Shown here: positions 58,240 through 64,000 of the stretch, one piece after another | How the letters are laid out: each line of letters begins with the position of its first letter | Numbering within the stretch: position 1 is the first letter of the stretch | DNA from: a virus | IMG/VR virus record: IMGVR_UViG_3300034031_000020 | Coordinates: 15,452 to 79,451 of that record | DNA: 64,000 nt | Direction: 5' to 3' (one strand) | Notes under the pieces: generated by a model | Seen by the model: the letters and a program-made list of their open reading frames with translations, nothing else | The model's database searches: none | Told to the model about the DNA's origin: nothing | Position numbers and translations under genes: made by a program

Positions 58240-60476
58240 TCACCTTCCTGGGAGGGCTTCGGCCGACGGGGCAGCGGCCCCGTACGGATCAACAGGTACC
58301 GGCCCGCGCCGAGGCGTTCGAGCTGGAGACCGGGCGGGGTGAGCCGGGCCCCCTCCGCCAGCGCGGCGAGTCGGCGGCTGACCGTGTACGGCTGCATGGC
58401 GTACCTCATCCGCTTCTGCAAGTCGGAGTTCGAGAATTCCATCTGACCGTCGTCGGCGAGCCTCGTCAGGGCGGAGTCCAGGTCGGCCTCCGCCTGCTCC
58501 TCGTTCGGCGGTTCCGGCTTGTCGTCCGGCAGGCTCATCCGCTCGCCGGGGTTCAGCTTCAGCGGCCTGCCCGGGTCGCGCGGGTCGACCTTCGCGGCGT
58601 CCTCCGCCAGGCCCGGGTGCAGCAGCGTCGCGACGACACCCTCCCCGCCCTGCTCGTCGGGGTCCGAGCCTTCCATCGTCCTGTCCACAGAGACACCTTC
58701 CTCGTCGTCGTCATCATCGTCGTATTCGCCGGACCCGGCGGCGGGTGCCAGCGGGTTCCGTTGTGTGGCCTGGCCGTCCGGTGCGGGCTCGGCCGGGTCG
58801 CCCTCCTTCTCATCCTCGGACCGGGGACCCCGCAACGCCAGGACGGCGGCGGGGGTACAAGCCTGGTAGTCCTCACCCATCCACCGGATCGCCTCATCCG
58901 TGAACGTCATCGGGGTGAACGTCGCGCGGGCCTCCTTCACCATCCGGCGCAGGTCCCGGGTGTCGGAGAAGAACGACCGGCACAGCACCGGCCACAGTCG
59001 CTCGGGGACGCCGGGGACGAGGTCGAAGTAGTGGGCGCCCCGGATCCGCAGGGACTCCGGGTCGGCGCCGCCGTCGCGGGCGATCTGCGACAGGGTGAAC
59101 TCGCCGGAGTACTTGTCGCCGATCGCGAACGTCTTCCACGCGGCGATCGAGCCCCGGAACGCGGCCGGGACTTCCTGGGTGGATGCCCGGGGAACGGAGC
59201 AGACGAGGAAGATCCCGAGGGAGCGTCCCCGCTTGCCGAGCCAGTCCCACTGACCCTTCGAGAGGAACGTGTCGGCCTCGTCCATGATGACGAGCACGGC
59301 CGCCTCCCCGGTCTCCTGGGCGAGCTGGGGGGTCCATTCCCGCCCGGCGACGATCCCCGCGTTGCCCGGGTCGAGAGCCGCGTCGAGCGACGCCTGACCG
59401 AACAGCTCCACCCGGTACTCGGCGAGCTTGCGCAACGCAACGCTCAACCGCTTCGCCTGGTTGCGGTCCTTCGCCGCCATGCCGAGCATGTCGAGCGCCC
59501 ATCCCGCGTTCTGGTACAGCTTCTCCGCGTCGACCCAGCACACGATTGCGTCGCACCGGGACAGCCCCTCGGCGGCGACGTTGTTCTCTTCGCCGGACTT
59601 CCCTACGCCGGTCGTGCCGACGAGTCCGAGGAACGTAGCTTGCGGCGCAACGAAGTCGGTGACGGGCGACGCAAGTTGCGTCGCGACGAAACCGAACCAT
59701 TGGTCTTCGCCGGTGGCGTAATACGAGGTGCGGAACGGGAACGCAAACGAACCGCCGGGGTGCGACAGTCCGGGGAACTTGCGCCACTCGTCGAACGGGT
59801 CCGCCATCGTCAACGCAACCTGCGAACCGCCGCCGCGTTCGTTCGGCGTAACGGTGGTGCGTCCGACGATTGCGCCGGTCTTGTCCTCCAGTTCGCCAGC
59901 GGCCGTCCTTACGTTCTTGATGGTTTCGCCGGGGCCGTGCTCGACGTCAATGATCACCTGTGAGGGCGTGGTCGTGATCTTCTTCGGCCGGGACTTCGCG
60001 AGGCCGATGACCTTGCCCCATCCGTCGTCGCCGCTCTCGCCCTTCGCGGCGGCCCGGAACGCGTCGATCCGGTAGAGCATCCACGACGAGTACAGAATCC
60101 CGGTCATGAAGACCGCGACGACGTTCATGAACCGGTGCCGGAACCCGGCCAGGGTGTAGAGGTCCCCGCCGACGCCGATGAGGATCACGGTCACCGCGAC
60201 GTGCTTGATCAGGAAGTTGGTCCGCTTCGCGTGGAACAGCCCGATCCCGATCGCGATCAGGGCCACGGTCAGCCCGGACACGAACCAGGCGTGGGCGACC
60301 ATGAGCCCGGTGGCCTGGTCCCACAGCATGACCAGCCGGGAGACCAGGAACAGCACCGGGAGCAGGCCGAAGGCCACCAGCGCGGACGCCAGGAACGGGA
60401 CGGGTCGCTTCCCGGTCGGCCGGGTGTGGCTGGCGGACTGACCCTTGCTCGCCTCGGTGTCGGTCTTCGTGCTCAT
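58236..60476 (-). CDS. traB: TraB-type (FtsK/SpoIIIE family) conjugative DNA translocase
   Basis: Four N-terminal TM helices, Walker A GTTGVGKS, Walker B VLVIMDEA, GRSLGI arginine-finger motif, acidic linker, C-terminal wHTH-like TVSRRLAAL. Confidence 0.8.
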   Translation of the reverse strand: MSTKTDTEASKGQSASHTRPTGKRPVPFLASALVAFGLLPVLFLVSRLVMLWDQATGLMVAHAWFVSGLTVALIAIGIGLFHAKRTNFLIKHVAVTVILIGVGGDLYTLAGFRHRFMNVVAVFMTGILYSSWMLYRIDAFRAAAKGESGDDGWGKVIGLAKSRPKKITTTPSQVIIDVEHGPGETIKNVRTAAGELEDKTGAIVGRTTVTPNERGGGSQVALTMADPFDEWRKFPGLSHPGGSFAFPFRTSYYATGEDQWFGFVATQLASPVTDFVAPQATFLGLVGTTGVGKSGEENNVAAEGLSRCDAIVCWVDAEKLYQNAGWALDMLGMAAKDRNQAKRLSVALRKLAEYRVELFGQASLDAALDPGNAGIVAGREWTPQLAQETGEAAVLVIMDEADTFLSKGQWDWLGKRGRSLGIFLVCSVPRASTQEVPAAFRGSIAAWKTFAIGDKYSGEFTLSQIARDGGADPESLRIRGAHYFDLVPGVPERLWPVLCRSFFSDTRDLRRMVKEARATFTPMTFTDEAIRWMGEDYQACTPAAVLALRGPRSEDEKEGDPAEPAPDGQATQRNPLAPAAGSGEYDDDDDDEEGVSVDRTMEGSDPDEQGGEGVVATLLHPGLAEDAAKVDPRDPGRPLKLNPGERMSLPDDKPEPPNEEQAEADLDSALTRLADDGQMEFSNSDLQKRMRYAMQPYTVSRRLAALAEGARLTPPGLQLERLGAGRYLLIRTGPLPRRPKPSQEGE

Positions 60477-60490
60477 GGTCGCCTCCCCTC

Positions 60491-60677
60491 TTGCAGTAGA
60501 TCCACATCTACGGACGGTGACTTGCAGGTGATCATTTGGTCTCTTGCATTGTGGACGAATCGGACTGCGGGTCCTCTTGCATCCGGGGCAAACCGGGCGG
60601 CTTGCAAGATCAGTTGCACCGGATCCCCTTAGGGAACGGGGGCGTCTGAAGCGGCGCGTTGCAGGGTTGCAGTTGCA
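60491..60677. repeat. TTGCA pentamer cluster upstream of traB
   Basis: Nine TTGCA copies at 60491, 60522, 60544, 60577, 60602, 60614, 60659, 60667, 60673. Confidence 0.7.
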
Positions 60678-61657
60678 CCGCCGTTTTCGTCACTCACGGT
60701 GCGCGACGGATCGGCCGGAACGGGCGCCGGGAAGTCGCGCGCCCGCCGCTCCCGCTCGGCCTTCACCCATAGCTGCGCGGTCCGCACGTTGACCCCGAGG
60801 TCCGTCGCCGCCGTCTTGGCGTCCTCGGTCCCGTCCACGCAGCGCTTGATCACGTCGGCGCGGCGGGGGTCGCCGGTCGGCCGGTCCTGGCCAGCAGCCT
60901 CTCGCGGGGCGCGAGGTCGGCGCGGCCCCGGCTTCGAGGCCGGACGCGGGAGCGGCGGCGGGACCGGGGCCTCCAGCTCGACGGGCGGCTCCGGGGCGGC
61001 GGGCAGCGCGGGGGGCGTTTGTGCAGGTAGAGGGGCCGGGGTCGCGTCCGGGACCGTGGCCTGGATGGCGGTCCGGCGCTGCCGGGTGTACTCGGCGGCT
61101 GCCAGGCGGGCCGTGACCACAGCGGCGGGCAGGCTGGACGTCGCAGGGGCGTCGTCGAGGGCCTGGCCGATGGCCCGGTCCCGGCGGCGACGGGCCCACC
61201 AGCCGAGGCCGGGGGTCTCCTCCGACACGGCGTCGGAGTCCCAGTGCCGGGCGACGATGATCAGGGCGTGGAGGCTGGCCGCGAGGAACAGGGCGGGGAA
61301 CAGGCTGGCGGCTCGGCCCCAGTTGTTCCACTGCTCATGGTCGGCGTAGCCCTCGCTCGCCCCGACCTGCGCGCCGATGACGACCGCGAGCCAGAACCAG
61401 GCGTAGATCCGCTGGCGCAACGGCGCGTTGCGCAGCATGTACGTCAGCGCCATCAGATTGATGGCGAAGATGTCCAGCGCAACCGGCGCGAACCAGGGGA
61501 GCGGCTGATGCAACTCCCACACCTCGGCGGCGAAGCCGTACGCGAGCCACGCCTGGATGGCGAACTGCGTCGCTGCGTTTGCGGCGAAGAGCAGCGCAAT
61601 CGGGACGGGGATTCGTCGGGCGCGCGGCGGCGAAGTGTTGCGTTTGTCGGCAGACAT
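60629..61657 (-). CDS. DUF2637 / SpdB2-like membrane protein with Pro-rich linker and C-terminal HTH
   Basis: Four TM helices (WFAPVALD motif), Pro-rich linker, AATDLGVNVRTAQLW HTH; -10 TACTCT 7 nt upstream (leaderless). Confidence 0.75.
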   Translation of the reverse strand: MSADKRNTSPPRARRIPVPIALLFAANAATQFAIQAWLAYGFAAEVWELHQPLPWFAPVALDIFAINLMALTYMLRNAPLRQRIYAWFWLAVVIGAQVGASEGYADHEQWNNWGRAASLFPALFLAASLHALIIVARHWDSDAVSEETPGLGWWARRRRDRAIGQALDDAPATSSLPAAVVTARLAAAEYTRQRRTAIQATVPDATPAPLPAQTPPALPAAPEPPVELEAPVPPPLPRPASKPGPRRPRAPREAAGQDRPTGDPRRADVIKRCVDGTEDAKTAATDLGVNVRTAQLWVKAERERRARDFPAPVPADPSRTVSDENGGATATLQRAASDAPVP

Positions 61658-61678
61658 ACGGCGAAGAGTAGCACCCTC

Positions 61679-61897
61679 CGACGCAACCGGCGCAACCACT
61701 TCGTCGGCGCAACGTTGCGTCGATTCGTTGCGTTGCGGCGCATTGCGTCGGTGCCGACGTAACGTTGCGCCGTCCGGGTTCGTTGCGTCGGCCGCGACGT
61801 TGCGTCGGCGGCCGGGCTTCGTTGCGGCGAAGCTTCGCCGGTTCGGCGCAGTTGCGTCGGCCGAACGTTGCGTCGGGCCCGACGCAACGTTGCGTCG
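61679..61897. repeat. Array of 8-bp TTGCGTCG repeats (candidate clt locus)
   Basis: Seven exact direct copies (61715, 61743, 61783, 61800, 61852, 61868, 61890), two inverted (61679, 61880) and several 1-mismatch variants. Confidence 0.8.
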
Positions 61898-61909
61898 GGC
61901 CCGGCTGCG

Positions 61910-62221
61910 TCACTTCGTTTCGCCGGAGCCGTTGCACCGGAAGCAGTACTTGATGCCGTCGCGGGTGTAGCCGCTGGCGCCGCCGTACTCGCCAGTACCG
62001 AGGCAGTACCAGCACGCCCGGTCGCGCAGGGCCTCGTACGCGGCCCGAAGGTCGGGGATGGTCGCCTCGATCTCGGCGATCTTCGCCTCGGCCTCCACCA
62101 TCCGCTCGGGGAACCGGCGGCGCATCTCCTCGATCAGGTCTGCGGGGAGCGGGGCAACCTGGCCCTCGGCCGTCTCCAGTGCCTGGCGGGCCTTCGCGAG
62201 TTGCGCGGGGAAGGTGGTCAT
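61910..62221 (-). CDS. Coiled-coil protein with CxxCxGxG zinc finger
   Basis: CWYCLGTG...CFRCNGSG; GGAGG RBS. Confidence 0.7.
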   Translation of the reverse strand: MTTFPAQLAKARQALETAEGQVAPLPADLIEEMRRRFPERMVEAEAKIAEIEATIPDLRAAYEALRDRACWYCLGTGEYGGASGYTRDGIKYCFRCNGSGETK

Positions 62222-62253
62222 CGGGGCCTCCGTAGCTCGTTGCCTGTACCACG

Positions 62254-62296
62254 AGCGTAACCCCCGGGGCGTTAGGATGCAACCCCCGGGGCGTGA
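62254..62296 (-). promoter_or_regulatory. Promoter with tandem operator (site E)
   Basis: Minus strand TTGCAT-17bp-TACGCT; operator twice. Confidence 0.75.
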
Positions 62297-62343
62297 AAAT
62301 CTTGAGAAGCCGGGGTCGCCCCGTGCGGGACGGCCCGTCCCGC

Positions 62344-62670
62344 TCAGAGCTTCGCGACGGTGTGGCCCTCGCCGAGGTGCTCGGCGGCGGCGAGGGCCGC
62401 CTTCCGGGTCGGCCGGTCGCACTGGAGGGCGCCGCCCGGGGAGAAGATCCCCCACGTAACCGGGCCGCTGCTCTCCTTCGCCACCCGGGCGGGGGCGGTC
62501 TTCGTGGGCTTCGGGGCGCCCATCCGCTGACACCGCTTGCACGTCACGGCCTCGGTCGTTTCGGTCAGGTAGAGGGTCTGGTTCGCCTGGATGCCGCAGA
62601 TCTGGACAAGGCCGGTGCCGTCGGTCTTCGCCTCGTGGACGGTTCCGGTGATGTCGTTGAACGCTCGCAT
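62344..62670 (-). CDS. Small Zn-binding hypothetical protein
   Basis: H...CG...VTCKRC; GAGGGAG RBS. Confidence 0.7.
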   Translation of the reverse strand: MRAFNDITGTVHEAKTDGTGLVQICGIQANQTLYLTETTEAVTCKRCQRMGAPKPTKTAPARVAKESSGPVTWGIFSPGGALQCDRPTRKAALAAAEHLGEGHTVAKL

Positions 62671-62714
62671 CGGGGGCTCCCTCGGTAGTTCCTGCCTGCC
62701 TTGCTGATACTCAT

Positions 62715-62758
62715 AGCCTAACGCCCGGGGGGGTGAGAGTGCAACCCCCCGGGCGTGA
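62715..62758 (-). promoter_or_regulatory. Promoter with tandem operator (site F)
   Basis: Minus strand TTGCAC-18bp-TAGGCT; operator twice. Confidence 0.75.
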
Positions 62759-62809
62759 AAATCTTGCGAGCACGACTCCGCCGCAGGCCACGCCCCGAAT
62801 GTGCCGCAG

Positions 62810-62853
62810 TAACGCCCTGGGAGTTGACAGCCTAACGGCCGGGGCGTTACGTT
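62810..62853 (+). promoter_or_regulatory. Promoter with tandem operator (site G), leaderless
   Basis: TTGACA 62824-62829, 18 bp, TACGTT 62848-62853, ATG at 62860. Confidence 0.75.
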
Positions 62854-62859
62854 GGTGGC

Positions 62860-63459
62860 ATGAAGCGACTTGCTGACGTGCTGTGCCGAGCACACCGGGC
62901 GATGATCCTGGGGGCGGGCATGTGGCCGTCCGGCTGGAACCCGGAGGAGTGCCAAGAGTGCGACGGAGTCGCCGGGTTCACCGCGCTGCCGGACGTCGAC
63001 GAGCGGCAGGAGATCGCGGTCCACGAGGCCGGGCACGCCTTCGTGTACCAGTGGCTCGGGATCGAAGTCGGCGAGGTCGCCATCGGCGGGAGTGCTGACT
63101 TCGCCGCGTACACGATGGTCCGACCCCACGATCAGGGGAGTCTCCCCGGCCTCGCCGGTCTGTGGGCGGGGAGCGTGGCCACCAGGGAGTGGCTGGCCCG
63201 GGGCGGACGCCTGGACGAGGCTGCCGAGGTCGACGTGGCGCAGGCCGCTCGGACCGACGCCCGGATCATCTGCCGGTCGACTTCCGACCTGGCCCTGATC
63301 CAGGAGGCGCGGGAGTTGGCCGAGCGACTGATCGTCCGGCACTGGTCCACGGTCGAGGGTCTGGCCGCCGCGCTGGCTGACGGCGGATCTCTGTCAGGTC
63401 CCCGGGTCGGCCGGGTCGTGGCGCAGGCGCGCAGGTCAGGGATAGTTTGTGCCACCTAA
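62860..63459 (+). CDS. HEXXH zinc metallopeptidase (M41/FtsH-protease-domain-like)
   Basis: IAVHEAGHA...AG..A...D......W..V..LA.AL. Confidence 0.75.
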   Translation: MKRLADVLCRAHRAMILGAGMWPSGWNPEECQECDGVAGFTALPDVDERQEIAVHEAGHAFVYQWLGIEVGEVAIGGSADFAAYTMVRPHDQGSLPGLAGLWAGSVATREWLARGGRLDEAAEVDVAQAARTDARIICRSTSDLALIQEARELAERLIVRHWSTVEGLAAALADGGSLSGPRVGRVVAQARRSGIVCAT

Positions 63460-63499
63460 CGCCCGGGGGGTTGCATTCTAACGCCCGGGGCGTTAGGCT
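63457..63499 (+). promoter_or_regulatory. Promoter with tandem operator (site H)
   Basis: TTGCAT 63471-63476, 17 bp, TAGGCT 63494-63499; TAACGCCCGGGG twice, 22 bp apart. Confidence 0.78.
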
Positions 63500-63592
63500 A
63501 TGGGTACAACACCACACAGGGAGCCGGAGCAGACGCCGGAGCGCAGGCACCGCCCGCCCGCGTCGCCCCTCCCCCGAGCATCGGAGCCGACC

Positions 63593-64000
63593 ATGAACAA
63601 GTTCCAGACCGCCAAGACCCTCACCGCCCTCTACCTGATCACCGCGCTCGTCCTGTCCTTCACCCACATCGCCGCCCTGTTCGCCCTGATGGGCGCCGGG
63701 TGGGAAGCCTGGATCGCCCCCGTGATGATCGACGCGGTCGCCATCATCGGCAAGATCTCCATGGGCGTCGAGTTCACCGGCAAGACCCGCCGCGCCGGGA
63801 AGCAGGCCCTCCTGATCGCCGGGTCGGTGTCCTTCGTCGCGAACGTCACCGTCGGGTACATCCACCAGCAGTACGGCTCGGCGCTCCTCGGCGCGATCGT
63901 GGTCGCCGGTGCCCTGTGGGCCGAGAACCACCTCCACAACCTCCGCCCGGTCACCCCGCGCGGCCCCCCCCCCCCCCCCCCCCCCGCCCCCCCCCCCAAA
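63593..64000 (+). CDS. Second DUF2637-like membrane protein (truncated)
   Basis: MNKFQTAK...LSFTHI...AWIAPVMID...SFVANV; GGAG RBS; runs into the poly-C end. Confidence 0.65.
   Translation, partial: MNKFQTAKTLTALYLITALVLSFTHIAALFALMGAGWEAWIAPVMIDAVAIIGKISMGVEFTGKTRRAGKQALLIAGSVSFVANVTVGYIHQQYGSALLGAIVVAGALWAENHLHNLRPVTPRGPPPPPPPAPPPK

Noticed and set aside
61679-61897. CRISPR array
   Set aside because: Repeats are only 8 bp with short irregular spacers, and no cas genes are present.
63961-64000. Poly-C tract at the window end
   Set aside because: Most likely a sequencing or assembly artefact at the contig end; it interrupts an otherwise normal ORF.
1-64000. Integrase, ParAB, plasmid Rep, DNA polymerase or classical cI repressor
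   Set aside because: None recognised in the window; absence cannot be interpreted because the genome appears incomplete at both ends.

Overview
High-GC window that is almost entirely one tailed actinobacteriophage (siphovirus-like, HK97-type head). The host is probably a filamentous or sporulating actinomycete, inferred from WhiB, DUF397, DUF2637 and TraB-type genes. Left to right: (1) replication/regulation genes (RuvC-like, WhiB, MerR-like, DUF3987-type helicase followed by a 39-bp inverted-repeat candidate origin) and a stand-alone globin; (2) an extra virion-like block (SGNH hydrolase, Ala/Thr/Val repeat protein), HNH, an endolysin with two internal starts, and a holin-position protein carrying an ethylene-receptor-like Cys-x3-His membrane domain; (3) a 145-nt tRNA-like RNA and a non-coding candidate genome-end region; (4) small leftward genes; (5) the terminase-portal-protease-capsid-tail operon with a glycosyltransferase/methyltransferase pair and a -1 frameshift; (6) a leftward arm with MazG-like and AcrVA2/FinQ-like genes and a Streptomyces-plasmid-type TraB/DUF2637 transfer module with 8-bp repeat arrays. 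Eight sigmaA-like promoters share one GC-rich operator. No integrase, plasmid Rep, Par or canonical immunity repressor was recognised, and the genome is probably incomplete. Top leads: a virion-forming phage with its own TraB-type conjugation module, and possible gas/redox sensing (ethylene-binding-like domain fused to a holin-like protein, globin, WhiB). All family calls come from reading motifs by eye; no database searches were run.
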